Source: a virus. Taken from it: 37,364 bases of DNA. The stretch is taken from the UHGV virus genome UHGV-0173475; one strand, written 5' to 3'. Positions within the stretch are counted from its first letter, which is position 1. Every line of letters begins with the position of its first letter. This document shows, one piece after another, positions 8,350-17,589 of the stretch. Position numbers and translations under genes: made by a program. The notes beneath the pieces are model-generated. The model searched no databases. It was not told the origin of the DNA and saw only the letters and a list, made by a program, of their open reading frames with translations.

Positions 8350-8733
8350 TTATTTTTCCTTTCTATGTGTGGTTGCACAGGTCAAAATCGTGGTCATCTG
8401 ATCCAAAGTCGTAATAACCCACTGCTCCGCAGGGTCAGTAGTGCCGCGGCGTTTAGCGACAATGAAACAAATATCGGCGTCATCGTTGGCGGCTTCTATT
8501 TCGGCTTCACGCATCCACTGGGATAGCTGTACCCTTCCGCCGTAGTCTTTGCATTCGACTACTACCCGGTGTCCGGCGTGGTAGAGGCCGGTTATGTCGC
8601 CACGGTCATTAACCCCAGCAAGATGGCGGCGCTCTACCCGCTCGTCTACCCAGGTTTTAAGCCAGGTAGCGACTAGGGTTTCAAAGCGCGCCCCAGCCTG
8701 CCTAGCAGACTTCAAAGATCGTTTTTTAGTCAC
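8350..8733 (-). CDS. Holliday junction resolvase (Hjc-like PD-(D/E)XK, actinophage type)
   Basis: GARFE...DRGDI...VVECK motifs. Confidence 0.82.
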   Translation of the reverse strand: MTKKRSLKSARQAGARFETLVATWLKTWVDERVERRHLAGVNDRGDITGLYHAGHRVVVECKDYGGRVQLSQWMREAEIEAANDDADICFIVAKRRGTTDPAEQWVITTLDQMTTILTCATTHRKEK

Positions 8734-10532
8734 GTTAGGGGTGTTCCTTTCTGTAAATGGTCAGCCAATAGTCCTGCCAGGAAACGAGTAGTAGACGCAC
8801 CAGTGGCGGGACTGTTGGTCACCTGGTGGTCTGAGCCGGGGGTGAGGGCGTCTAGGGTTTTGATTTTTTGGGAAAGAATCTTATGAATCACCGGATCCAG
8901 CGTTCCCGTGGCTATGAGGGTGGTTATGGTTACCGGAGCTGTTTGGGTTATCCGGTGTATCCGGTCTTCAGCCTGCACGATTAGGGCGGGTGTCCATTCG
9001 GTCTCCACGAATAGAGCGTCCTGAGCGCGGGTTAGGGTTAATCCGACCCCGGCTGCGGTTATTTGCCCGATTAGTACATCTATTTTTCCTGCTTGGAAAT
9101 CTTCGACTATCTGGTTCCGGTCGCTGGCGGGTGTGTTGCCGTTGTAGATGGCGGTTTTTAGGCCAGCTTTTTCCAGGTTTTTGTTAAGGAGGGTGGCTAC
9201 TTTTTTGTGTATTATCCAGGCGATTAGGGGGCGCTTGGTGCCGGTGTGGTGGTTGATGATCCATTCGGTTGCTGCCGGGATTTTGGCTAGCCCGGTGGCT
9301 TTCCTGGCTTGTGACACGTATCGTTTGGCGTGCTCTGCTAGAACTTCTTGGTCTTTAGGTTTGGTTTCCCAGACGGTGATTTTTTGTTTTAGGGGAGCGA
9401 ATACGGTGTCTAGTTCGGTTCGTGTTAGGTCGATGGTTTGATGTGCGCGGGTTTTGGGGGGTAGGTCTTTTAGGACTTGGGTTTTCGTCCGCCGAGTCCA
9501 CACGTGCTTATCGAGCCGGGCGTAGAGGTCTGGGAGTGTCGCTGGGTTGGGTTTCCTGTCCCCCCAATAGTTTTTAACCGTGTAGGTGTTTACGAAGTCT
9601 TCCGGGAAGTGCTCTAGTTTGCCTAGGACGCTGAGGGTGGCGAATAGGTCTACCGGGTTGGAAACTATCGGAGTACCGGTGAGCGCTAGAACGTTTGGTG
9701 TGGGGTGGCAGATCCTTAAAATGGTTTTGGTTCTTTTGGCGTAGGGGTTTTTATAACGGTGGGATTCGTCGATTATCGCAGCGGTGGGTTTCCATTGTTT
9801 TATTTGTTTTTGTAAACCAGGACGGGCGGTTAATAGTGTATCGGGGCATATTATTATTCCAGTTTTAGAGAATGTAAATGTTTTCTTGGTGGGTTTTATT
9901 CGCAATAAGGTTCCGTGTATTGCGTTTTTGGTTATTCCGGTTCTGCTTATTTCTTGGTGCCAGTTGGTCGCAAGATTCGGGGGGCAAATAACAAGAAGTC
10001 GGCTTGGTTTGGTGATTGCTGCCCAGAGGATGGCTTGGATGGTTTTACCGAGGCCGGGTTCGTCGGCGATGAGGGTTTTGCCCTGGGTGGCTTGGATGGC
10101 TCCGATGATTTGGTAGGGGTAGGGATCCGGTTTGAACCAGTCGGTTTTTCCGACAGGTTGCGGGTTTGAGTTGTTCGGATTTTCCGGATAACTGGCGATT
10201 GAACCGTCCGGATTTTCCGGATAGTTAGGATTGGGTACTGTCGAGTCTGACGGGTTTTTGTAATTGTTTCTTATATATTTATCTTCTTTATCTTTCACCT
10301 GGGCTTTTACTACACTATTTTTATAATTACTACTTTCCTTAGAAAACTCGTCAGTAGCGTCAGTAGAGGGGAGGTTATAGAAACTGACCTGCTGGTTTAT
10401 TTCTGACAGGTTGGATAATGTACTCGTCAATAACTGGTCAGTGCCCGTCAGTGTGGCGGGGTGGCTAGGGTGGGTTACTGACAAGTTTTTACTGACAACT
10501 TTGGGCGCGTCTAGGATCCAGTTTTCACTCAT
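8730..10532 (-). CDS. SNF2-family (SF2) helicase with low-complexity N-terminal extension, 600 aa
   Basis: DEPGLGKT, IIDESH, LTGTP, GVGLTL, QAEDRIHRI; start at ATG 10532 overlapping the primase stop (TAATG) with AGGAGG RBS. Confidence 0.9.
   Translation of the reverse strand: MSENWILDAPKVVSKNLSVTHPSHPATLTGTDQLLTSTLSNLSEINQQVSFYNLPSTDATDEFSKESSNYKNSVVKAQVKDKEDKYIRNNYKNPSDSTVPNPNYPENPDGSIASYPENPNNSNPQPVGKTDWFKPDPYPYQIIGAIQATQGKTLIADEPGLGKTIQAILWAAITKPSRLLVICPPNLATNWHQEISRTGITKNAIHGTLLRIKPTKKTFTFSKTGIIICPDTLLTARPGLQKQIKQWKPTAAIIDESHRYKNPYAKRTKTILRICHPTPNVLALTGTPIVSNPVDLFATLSVLGKLEHFPEDFVNTYTVKNYWGDRKPNPATLPDLYARLDKHVWTRRTKTQVLKDLPPKTRAHQTIDLTRTELDTVFAPLKQKITVWETKPKDQEVLAEHAKRYVSQARKATGLAKIPAATEWIINHHTGTKRPLIAWIIHKKVATLLNKNLEKAGLKTAIYNGNTPASDRNQIVEDFQAGKIDVLIGQITAAGVGLTLTRAQDALFVETEWTPALIVQAEDRIHRITQTAPVTITTLIATGTLDPVIHKILSQKIKTLDALTPGSDHQVTNSPATGASTTRFLAGLLADHLQKGTPLT
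10237..10498. repeat. Putative replication origin: CTGAC/GTCAG iterons around an AT-rich core
   Basis: TCTGAC 10246, AT-rich ~10253-10346, CGTCAGTAG x2 (10349-10366), ACTGAC 10383, GTCAGT 10437 and 10447, TTACTGACAA x2 (10475, 10489); directly downstream of the primase-helicase gene. Confidence 0.65.
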
Positions 10533-13000
10533 TAGTTTCCGCCTCCTAGGTCTGCCCAAGATCCGCTAGGGTCTTCGGTGGGGGCGGGGTCTCTCAGTAG
10601 GATTTGGTGCCAGACGCGGGATCCGTTTGCTCCGCTTCGTCTTACTTCTAGTCCTTTGTTTTTTAGTTCTCTTCCCAGCATGGTGACGCTCATCGGCCGT
10701 TCCCCGTTGGAGGCGCACCAGGTTTCGTAGCGTGCCCGAAGTTCACTGTTTTTCACGGACGCACCAGGCACGCCGGTTTGGATGTTTTCTTGTATGAAGC
10801 GCTCCAAGGTGTTTTCTTCATTTTCGTATTCGCTTGACGCGGCGGTTACTTTTTGGGGTTCTTTTAGTCCGTTTGTGAGATAGTTTTTTGCACCTTCGAT
10901 TATCCATGCAAGGATTTGGGGAGCTTCTTTTTCCACTAACTTGTTAGATAAATCGGGTATTTTATTTTCTGGTTTTATTTGGTTTTGGAATGGGATAAGT
11001 TTTAGACGTCTCCAAAACGCTTTTCCGCCGGTTCTTACAGCGGGTTGATGGTTACCCATGATCCATAAATGATGGGTGGGGGTGAAAGTAAAATAATTTG
11101 AGTACAGGTAGCGCGCGGTTAAGCGATCTCCGCCGGTGAGTTCTTTTATTTTGGCCTCGTCGAAGCGGTCTTCTGGGTTGATTTCGGAGCAGACGATTAG
11201 GCGGCAGCCTTGGAGGCGGGCGATTTCGGTTTCGTGGGTTTGGCGGTGTGCCATGAGGAAGCCTGCGGGGGCGGTGGTGGCGTAGTCTTTTAGGATTTGG
11301 CTGATGGTGTCGAATAGGACGGATTTGCCGTTTGCGCCGTTGCCGAATGCGAAGGGCAAAATATGGTCGTTTATGATCCCGGTGGCGGAGTAGCCGATTA
11401 GGTTTTGTATGTAGCCGATGAGGGCGGGGTCGTTTTGGAAGGTTTGGTTTAGGAATTTTTCCCACATGGGGGCGGGGGCGTCTGGGTTGGGTGCGCAGAG
11501 GGTGGTTTTGGTGTGTTTGGCTGCCGGGTTCGGGGGCTGGGTTTTTCCGGTTTTGAGGTCGATTATGGCTGCAGGGGTGTTTAGGTGGGTGGGGTAGGCG
11601 TCTAGCTGGTCTGCGGGGGTGGTTAGGTCTTGTATGGTTTGGGCTTGGGTGAGGATTGCGGTTATTCCGGCGGCTGATAGGAGCCGTTTTTTGTAGGCTT
11701 GGTCTTGTTTGTTTTCTTCGGGTAGGGCTCTTGCGTATTGTTTGGCGTATTCGCGGACTTTTCCTCCGCCTTGGGGTTGTGGTTCCCACAGGTGCCCGTT
11801 CCAGGCGTACCAGGTGGAGCGTTCGGGGATGTAGGTGATTTGGTTTTGGTGGTTTGCTGCGAGTCCGAGAGCTGCCGCGTCATCGGTGTAATCCAGAGTT
11901 TGGATGATGGAAGCGGCTGGCTGTGCTTGGGGTGCTAGTTGGTGGACGGTTCCGGCGTCTGTGACTGTCGTGGTGTTGCTGGCGGGTTTGTTGAGGTCGA
12001 AGGTGACTTTGGGGGCTTCGGGGGTTTTGCCGATGCCTTTTGCGAGTAGGTCTTTGGCTGCGGCGTTCCAGTCTCCATGGTGGTTTAGGAGCGTGTATGC
12101 CGCGAATTTTGTGTATGCGACTTCGGTGTCGAAGATCGTGGAAGTCGAGAATACATATAATCTGTTTCGGTCGTCTGCTTGGCCGGTGGTGGCTGATATA
12201 CCGATGGTTTTGCCTGGTCTGCGCCAGGCGTAGCCTTGCCGGAGTCTGGAGACTTTTTTCCATCCGTGGGGGGTGAGGATGTCATCCCAGGATAGTTGTT
12301 TTTCTATGGCGTCGCCTGGGCGTTCCCCGCCTTCCCAATCACCGGTCTTAGTTAGTGGTATGACGTTGGTTTTTTCGGGTTGTGCCTCTACCCGTGGGGA
12401 TTCGTCTAGGAGCCTAAAGAGGTCATGTATGGTCTCGATTTGCTCAGGGGTGAAGGTGGGGCAGGTTGCAGGCCCTCCGGTGATTCTTTCCCACGCCTTG
12501 CCGTTTGGGTGGCAGGTGCCAGGGGTAGGGGCGGTTACAGTTAAGCCTCCTTGCCCCCGCGTTTCTGCTAGGACTTCCCGGTCTCGGTTTCTGGCTAGTT
12601 TTAGGTTGCCTTGAATCGGGGCGGTGGATTTGTAGTGGTAGTGGATCCCGCCGGTGGGGGTTCGGTCTACCCATCCGTTGGTGAGGGCTTCCCACAGGTC
12701 GCTTTCGCCGGCTTCAACTGCGATGGTTTGGAGTTCTTTTGCTAGGTGCGCGCTGCGTCCTTCGAGTTCGATCATCTCGAAGTTTCCGGAGGTTTTTCCG
12801 CATATGATCCCGAGGCCCCATTCTGGGTGGCTTGTCCACCAGGTGGTGATGTTAGCAGCGGTGGGGGGTGTGGTTTGGTATTTTTTCCAGGTGAAGGGTG
12901 GGGTTTTTGTTCCGTCGTTTTTGATGGGGATGGGGGTTAGTCCGCATGCTAGGGCGCCCAGTGCTTCTATCATGCACGGGTTGGCTGTTTTTTCTGCCAT
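10532..13000 (-). CDS. Bifunctional primase-polymerase fused to P4/D5-type SF3 helicase
   Basis: N-terminal Prim-Pol (GLTPIPI..GTKTP, TPTGGIHYHY, ETRGQGG), D5_N-like region, Walker A GNGANGKS, KELTGGD; 822 aa. Confidence 0.93.
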   Translation of the reverse strand: MAEKTANPCMIEALGALACGLTPIPIKNDGTKTPPFTWKKYQTTPPTAANITTWWTSHPEWGLGIICGKTSGNFEMIELEGRSAHLAKELQTIAVEAGESDLWEALTNGWVDRTPTGGIHYHYKSTAPIQGNLKLARNRDREVLAETRGQGGLTVTAPTPGTCHPNGKAWERITGGPATCPTFTPEQIETIHDLFRLLDESPRVEAQPEKTNVIPLTKTGDWEGGERPGDAIEKQLSWDDILTPHGWKKVSRLRQGYAWRRPGKTIGISATTGQADDRNRLYVFSTSTIFDTEVAYTKFAAYTLLNHHGDWNAAAKDLLAKGIGKTPEAPKVTFDLNKPASNTTTVTDAGTVHQLAPQAQPAASIIQTLDYTDDAAALGLAANHQNQITYIPERSTWYAWNGHLWEPQPQGGGKVREYAKQYARALPEENKQDQAYKKRLLSAAGITAILTQAQTIQDLTTPADQLDAYPTHLNTPAAIIDLKTGKTQPPNPAAKHTKTTLCAPNPDAPAPMWEKFLNQTFQNDPALIGYIQNLIGYSATGIINDHILPFAFGNGANGKSVLFDTISQILKDYATTAPAGFLMAHRQTHETEIARLQGCRLIVCSEINPEDRFDEAKIKELTGGDRLTARYLYSNYFTFTPTHHLWIMGNHQPAVRTGGKAFWRRLKLIPFQNQIKPENKIPDLSNKLVEKEAPQILAWIIEGAKNYLTNGLKEPQKVTAASSEYENEENTLERFIQENIQTGVPGASVKNSELRARYETWCASNGERPMSVTMLGRELKNKGLEVRRSGANGSRVWHQILLRDPAPTEDPSGSWADLGGGN

Positions 13001-13120
13001 TACTGTCCCTCTCCTTATCTGCTGTCTTTTTGGTTGGTGCTGGTGTTTCCTGGCGTGCGGGAAATATGCCCACCTCTAGGCGTGGTTTCACCAGCTATGC
13101 CCCTTGTTAGGGGCGTGTTT

Positions 13121-13849
13121 TTAGAATGGTGGCTCGTTGATGATCTGCTGCGGGTTTTTGCCTTCCCGCAGTTGGTTGAGTACCGCGGCGCTTATATTGG
13201 TGAAGGTTGGGACTGCTTGGATGGCTTCGTTGGTGAGTCCTGCCTGGATTAACGGCGCGACTGCCTGCAGGTTAGCTAGTTCCTCGCTGCCCGCGGTCTG
13301 GTTTGCTTGCTGTGCTGCTTGGATGGCTTGCTGCGCCGGTGTAGCTTGCGTGGCAGGTGCTGCTGGTGCCGCCTGTGCTGCTGGTTGCGCCATAGCTAAG
13401 TCAATCCCATCCGATATGCCCTTCTGCAACTGATACGAGTAAACGTTTTCAGTAAAAGACCCATTTTTGGATGAGCGGGTTTCTTTACCGTGGAACGTAG
13501 CCTTAAAGATCGTTCCGGGGATTAGGATTTGTGATGCTTTCGAACATCCAGCAGTCTCGATAGCTTTAGCAAGAGCCGCCTTTTGGGATCCCCACAGCTT
13601 AATATAGGCTGCCCGGGTGCCGTCATCGTCTACATCATCATGCAAGTCAGTTTTCAGGGTGAGAATAACCTGCATTTTGGGGTCTCCAGATTGGAAATAA
13701 TCCGGTTCAGTAGACCCGAATTTGGTTACTTGCTTCATCGCCGCGTCAGTGATGGTGCCGGTGATGGTGGTTCCAGGGGGTGTGTCTTTGCTAAATATGG
13801 AACGCCCTGAGCCCTGGAACGCTTGATCTAATTCGTCGTAGTTAATCAT
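13121..13849 (-). CDS. Putative single-stranded DNA-binding protein (actinophage type)
   Basis: Beta-rich N-domain (PGTTITGTI...GDPKMQ...DDDGTRAAYIK), Ala/Gln linker, C-terminal EPPF; replication-module context. Confidence 0.6.
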   Translation of the reverse strand: MINYDELDQAFQGSGRSIFSKDTPPGTTITGTITDAAMKQVTKFGSTEPDYFQSGDPKMQVILTLKTDLHDDVDDDGTRAAYIKLWGSQKAALAKAIETAGCSKASQILIPGTIFKATFHGKETRSSKNGSFTENVYSYQLQKGISDGIDLAMAQPAAQAAPAAPATQATPAQQAIQAAQQANQTAGSEELANLQAVAPLIQAGLTNEAIQAVPTFTNISAAVLNQLREGKNPQQIINEPPF

Positions 13850-14042
13850 TATTTTCTCCTTGTGGTTGGTTTATTTTTCGGGTAGTTACGGGGAATGCTT
13901 CGGGGAAGCGGTCGTCTGGGACTAGCTCGCCTGGGCTGGGGTTAACGTGGTAGCCGGGTGGTTTTACCGGGGCTGGGTTGTCTCCTGACATGCACCAGGG
14001 ATAGTTGTAGTTCCTTGGCCGGTTTTTATGTGACTGCACCAT
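13842..14042 (-). CDS. Hypothetical protein
   Basis: 66 aa, RBS AAGGAGG, overlaps the next start. Confidence 0.6.
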   Translation of the reverse strand: MVQSHKNRPRNYNYPWCMSGDNPAPVKPPGYHVNPSPGELVPDDRFPEAFPVTTRKINQPQGENND

Positions 14043-14063
14043 GTTTGTCGCCTCCTTGCTGGT

Positions 14064-14846
14064 TTATTGGTGTGGGTTGTTTAGGTCGAATAGGGGATCT
14101 ATCGGTATTGGCCGGTCGGGGTATTTTCGGCAGTCCCAGCAGCCGGGTTGTCGGGGTAGGTTTTTGATGTACTCGGTGGAGTCTTGAGCTTCTTGGATGG
14201 CATCCCAGAGCCTATTGGCGCGTTGTAACGCGTTTTGCGCGATTAGTGGCTGGTAGGGCTCTAGCCACCAGTGAGAGGAGCGCAGGTCGATTGCCATTTT
14301 GGGGATAAACCATATAGCGACGGTGTCGACTTTTACGCCGGCATCGTTCCAGCCTTTGGCGTAGAGGTGGGCTTGGATTTGGTATGTGGGGGATGGGCCG
14401 TTGATCCGGTAGCTGTCGAAGCTGGTTTTACCGACGACTTTGTAGTCGATGGTCATCCCAGCAGCGAGGTCTAGCAGGTCGGTTGACCCGGTGATTTCTT
14501 GCCCGCCGATTTTGCCTACTGTTACTTGTTGTTCCATTAGGTAGCGGTGCCGCCATTCCGGGTTGGTTTCGGTTTGGCTGGTTTCCCAGGTGTTGAAGAA
14601 GTGTTCCATTAGGGCGTGGTATCCGGTGCCTATGGTGGTGGCTAGGGGTATGCCGTCTTCTTGTTTTTCCCAGCCTGCTAGGCGTGCTGCTAGGCAGTGG
14701 TCGCACGGGTTGCCGATTTCGGAGGGGCCGATCCGGGTTTGGAGGGAGCGGGGCTGGTGCAGGATCTGGTGAGCCACAATATTTCGAATATTTTTAGTGG
14801 CTTCACCAGGTTTTGCTGCCACGTTAGCGTTGTAGGTTTGATACAT
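14064..14846 (-). CDS. Cas4/RecB-like PD-(D/E)XK exonuclease
   Basis: IGPSEIGNPCDHC, IGTGYH, GSTDLLD...IDYK, QAHLY, C-terminal CWDC. Confidence 0.85.
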   Translation of the reverse strand: MYQTYNANVAAKPGEATKNIRNIVAHQILHQPRSLQTRIGPSEIGNPCDHCLAARLAGWEKQEDGIPLATTIGTGYHALMEHFFNTWETSQTETNPEWRHRYLMEQQVTVGKIGGQEITGSTDLLDLAAGMTIDYKVVGKTSFDSYRINGPSPTYQIQAHLYAKGWNDAGVKVDTVAIWFIPKMAIDLRSSHWWLEPYQPLIAQNALQRANRLWDAIQEAQDSTEYIKNLPRQPGCWDCRKYPDRPIPIDPLFDLNNPHQ

Positions 14847-14855
14847 GGGAGCGGC

Positions 14856-15215
14856 CTATTTTCCTGCGAGTGGTTTTAGGGTGATGACGGGCGTGCCTTC
14901 CTTGTACCAGCCGTTCTCAGTGAGCTGGTTTTCCGAATAGGCAGCCTTGACTTTCTTCGTGTCGAGTTTCGGGGTGTAAAGCCCGGGGTTTTTCGTCACC
15001 GGTAGCGCTTTGCTAATCAGCGCAGTGTTTAGGGTTCGGCGGGGCTTAGATACGGTGATCCGGGCGGTGGTGCCTTCTATGGAGGTGCCGGGGTGTACGT
15101 GTTCTTTTAGCGTGTTTTTGATTTGCTCGATCCCGGCCTGTGCTTGCTCGATTTGGCTATTGAGGTTTGCCCATTGGGTGATGAGAGCGTCTAGGGTGGC
15201 GGTGTCGATGCTCAT
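14856..15215 (-). CDS. Hypothetical phage protein (N-terminal coiled coil)
   Basis: 119 aa with RBS AAGGAG; upstream of the exonuclease. Confidence 0.7.
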   Translation of the reverse strand: MSIDTATLDALITQWANLNSQIEQAQAGIEQIKNTLKEHVHPGTSIEGTTARITVSKPRRTLNTALISKALPVTKNPGLYTPKLDTKKVKAAYSENQLTENGWYKEGTPVITLKPLAGK

Positions 15216-15217
15216 GG

Positions 15218-15376
15218 TTATGCTCCTTGCTCGGTGTAAGTGGATTGGGTTTTTAGGTGGCGTGGCGGGTTGGCGCGTTGCCGCAGATAGTCTTGGGCTG
15301 CGAGGATCATGGTTGCCACTCCTCCCGCAAATAGCAGGAGCGCCGCGATAGTCAGCGCGATGTTTAGAATGTTCAT
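15218..15376 (-). CDS. 52-aa single-TM protein (MNILNIALTIAALLLFAGGVATMILAAQ...)
   Basis: Manual translation; fills the intergenic gap; GAAAGA upstream. Confidence 0.55.
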   Translation of the reverse strand: MNILNIALTIAALLLFAGGVATMILAAQDYLRQRANPPRHLKTQSTYTEQGA

Positions 15377-15393
15377 GTGGTTGTCTTTCTGTT

Positions 15394-15594
15394 TTATTTG
15401 GTGGGTGTAAATAGCAGCACTATCCCTACTAGGTAGCTGGTGGTCATTGCCCAGAACGCAGCAGCGGCGCTGATTGTCTCGGTCTCACAGCTGGTCATAT
15501 AGAAGAAGCTGGTGTATATGCAGGTTGCTAGCGCTAGTAGCACTAAGCCTGCTCTACGCGCCCAAAACGTAGCGCGCGGGATTCTAGGGTTCAT
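15394..15594 (-). CDS. Small 2-TM membrane protein
   Basis: 66 aa, RBS AAAGGA. Confidence 0.62.
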   Translation of the reverse strand: MNPRIPRATFWARRAGLVLLALATCIYTSFFYMTSCETETISAAAAFWAMTTSYLVGIVLLFTPTK

Positions 15595-15606
15595 TGCGGG
15601 TTTCCT

Positions 15607-15783
15607 TTATGCGGTGATTGCTCTGTCTAAGTCGTTGATCCAGTAGCGGGGTTTCCCGCCGGGGGTGTGCCGCTCAACAACTTTTTTGGTTTTTACCCAG
15701 GCACGGAGCGTATTAGGGCAGACATTGAGGTATTTGGCGGCTTGCTTTTGGTTGAGCATCTCGCTGGCTTTGGGGCGAGGCAT
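15607..15783 (-). CDS. 58-aa HTH_17/MerR-like DNA-binding protein (excisionase candidate)
   Basis: Manual translation MPRPKASEMLNQKQAAKYLNVCPNTLRAWVKTKKVVERHTPGGKPRYWINDLDRAITA; RBS AGGAGGTG. Confidence 0.8.
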   Translation of the reverse strand: MPRPKASEMLNQKQAAKYLNVCPNTLRAWVKTKKVVERHTPGGKPRYWINDLDRAITA

Positions 15784-16131
15784 TTACTTCACCTCCTGAA
15801 GTTTTCTGGCGCGTGCTGCCTCTGCTTGACGTTTGACTGCGGCTAGACCTTCTTCACGGGGGATGCGCCTAGAGTCATCTAGTTCTCCTAGGTCGATAGC
15901 GAGACGGAATAGGAACATTTGCCAATTGGTAACTATGATTTCCCGCTCGAGACAGATCAGAACGTCACGGATGGGTTCTTGATAGGTGCAGGGGTCACCA
16001 AAGACGTGCACGTCATGATCCCAGTGGATACCGGCAGCGGAATCACGTTGATATACGCCGTTCTTGTCAGGGCGCCCGTAATCTAGCTGCCCGCATTCTA
16101 AGCAGTAGATGAAGCATTGACGGGCGGACAT
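15784..16131 (-). CDS. Hypothetical protein with CxxC and His residues (possible metal binding)
   Basis: 115 aa; abuts the cro stop; CLEC...HWDH. Confidence 0.65.
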   Translation of the reverse strand: MSARQCFIYCLECGQLDYGRPDKNGVYQRDSAAGIHWDHDVHVFGDPCTYQEPIRDVLICLEREIIVTNWQMFLFRLAIDLGELDDSRRIPREEGLAAVKRQAEAARARKLQEVK

Positions 16132-16422
16132 TTACGCGGCCTCCTGGCGGATCTGTTTACCGTTGGTGGCTGCGTTTTTGAGATAGTCCCTCAAGAATGT
16201 GGGGTTTAGTAGGACGATTGGGCGCACGCATAGCACCTCAGAAGATTTTTTAGCTAGGGAAGGGGTTAGTGCTCGCCTTCCTGCTTCGATATTCGCTAGG
16301 TAGGGGCGGGAGACGCAGAGTTCTCTGGCGAGTTCATCAGCGGTGAGCCCACGCGCTTCACGCAATGTTCGGAGTATGGCTCCGGTTCTTGCTTTCTCAA
16401 GTTCCGAATGTTTCCACTTCAT
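16132..16422 (-). CDS. cro: Cro-like XRE HTH regulator (96 aa)
   Basis: LRTLREARGLTADELARELCVSRPYLANIEAGRR; divergent from cI; start reassigned to ATG 16422. Confidence 0.85.
   Translation of the reverse strand: MKWKHSELEKARTGAILRTLREARGLTADELARELCVSRPYLANIEAGRRALTPSLAKKSSEVLCVRPIVLLNPTFLRDYLKNAATNGKQIRQEAA
16401..16415. promoter_or_regulatory. Candidate operator GTTCCGAATGTTTCC (copy 1)
   Basis: 14/15 identical to 16551-16565; lies in the first codons of cro. Confidence 0.5.
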
Positions 16423-16429
16423 AGGAACA

Positions 16430-16458
16430 AGAATAAGCACAAAGCGGAATAAAAGCAA
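16430..16458 (-). promoter_or_regulatory. Lytic promoter TTGCTT-N17-TATTCT, probably giving a leaderless cro mRNA
   Basis: -10 box ends 7 nt before the cro ATG; no RBS. Confidence 0.65.
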
Positions 16459-16550
16459 TAATATTTGCTGGAAATGGAACAGATTTAAGAATGTCAGGAA
16501 TGACTGGCGGTCGCTAACCTCGAAAAACATCAATGTAATTAATAAAAAGC

Positions 16551-16571
16551 GTTCCGAAAGTTTCCTATAAT
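16551..16571 (+). promoter_or_regulatory. Candidate operator GTTCCGAAAGTTTCC abutting the cI -10 box TATAAT (16566-16571)
   Basis: Direct repeat of 16401-16415; TATAAT 8 nt before the cI ATG. Confidence 0.55.
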
Positions 16572-16579
16572 ATGGGACT

Positions 16580-17146
16580 ATGAAGAACGCAATCGGGGCG
16601 CGGCGGCTGGCAGAAGAAGTGGTTAAAGCAAGATCGCGGCAAGGCTACAAGACGCAAGAAGCCCTCGCAGAAAAAGTTGGAATATCTACCAGGCTAGTAG
16701 GCGATATAGAAAACGGGCGGCGCGAATCCTACGCAAAAAGCACCTTACAACGCCTAGATAATGCCTTATCTTGGGAAGAAGGCACTGCAGCAGCGATTCT
16801 ATCCGGAGAAAAGCTCCAGCCGGCTACTGCCAGCGATTACTCTATAACCCAGGATATCGGCGATTACCAGATGACCATGGGGTATCTAGCGCAAATCCCG
16901 ATACCCGGCAGAGATCCTCAGTGGGAAGTGCGCATCCCTATTCCGTACGATGAATTTAAAAACCTTAGCGACAGGGGGAAAGCGGAAGTAGTAGTCACCG
17001 GCTTTTCTGCTGTACGTGGATATCTCAACCTACCTACCCCGCAAAACATTCACCTCCCGCCGCCTCCACCCTGGGAGCTTGCTGCTAAGAATCCTGGCTA
17101 CTCGATCCAGGACCAACTCGAGGGCGAGGAAGAAAATCAGCCGTGA
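16580..17146 (+). CDS. Immunity repressor (XRE HTH, cI/ImmR-like)
   Basis: TQEALAEKVGISTRLVGDIENGRR; divergent from cro, followed by ImmA. Confidence 0.88.
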   Translation: MKNAIGARRLAEEVVKARSRQGYKTQEALAEKVGISTRLVGDIENGRRESYAKSTLQRLDNALSWEEGTAAAILSGEKLQPATASDYSITQDIGDYQMTMGYLAQIPIPGRDPQWEVRIPIPYDEFKNLSDRGKAEVVVTGFSAVRGYLNLPTPQNIHLPPPPPWELAAKNPGYSIQDQLEGEEENQP

Positions 17147-17574
17147 TCTACCCGGACTGGTGGGGAAGTACGCCGCCTACTATCGAGACGCTTACAACCT
17201 GGTGTGAAAATAACCAGGTCAAGCTCTGTATGGAATCAGGGAATCTTGCCGATCTTTGGGGCGCATACCATGAAGACACGCGCACCATATATATAAGTCG
17301 CTACGCACCCACAGCTTGGATGGTGCCTATCCTCGCTCATGAAACTTTCCATGCAGCCGCGCATCATGACGGACACCAAGCTGCGCCGGTTGAAGCACGG
17401 ATAGATGAAGCCGTAGCCCAAGCGATAATAAACCCTGCCGATTATGGCTTCTGGGAATCGCAATACGGATGGTCTACAGGGGGCATAGCAGCTCAGTTAG
17501 GGGTGCCCCGTTGGATTGTAGAAGCCTACCGGCGAAAACTCGCCCAACAGCAACCGCAAATAGTAATCAAATAG
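17143..17574 (+). CDS. ImmA/IrrE-family metallopeptidase (anti-repressor)
   Basis: LAHETFH (HExxH), downstream E, C-terminal HTH-like IAAQLGVPRWIVEAY. Confidence 0.85.
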   Translation: MIYPDWWGSTPPTIETLTTWCENNQVKLCMESGNLADLWGAYHEDTRTIYISRYAPTAWMVPILAHETFHAAAHHDGHQAAPVEARIDEAVAQAIINPADYGFWESQYGWSTGGIAAQLGVPRWIVEAYRRKLAQQQPQIVIK

Positions 17575-17589
17575 TTAGGAGAAAAAATA

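Noticed and set aside
11052..11789. 245-aa Arg/Pro-rich alternative-frame ORF (and similar ORFs at 11880..12263 and 12444..12695) inside the primase
   Set aside because: Low-complexity by-product of the A/C-rich codon bias; no RBS or motifs
14064..14846. Cas4-like gene as evidence for a CRISPR system
   Set aside because: No repeat-spacer array or other cas genes seen; solo Cas4-like nucleases are common in phage replication modules
16423..16533. Hydrophobic N-terminal extension of cro suggesting a membrane-anchored regulator
   Set aside because: It is a translation of the AT-rich promoter region; a good -35/-10 pair sits just upstream of ATG 16422
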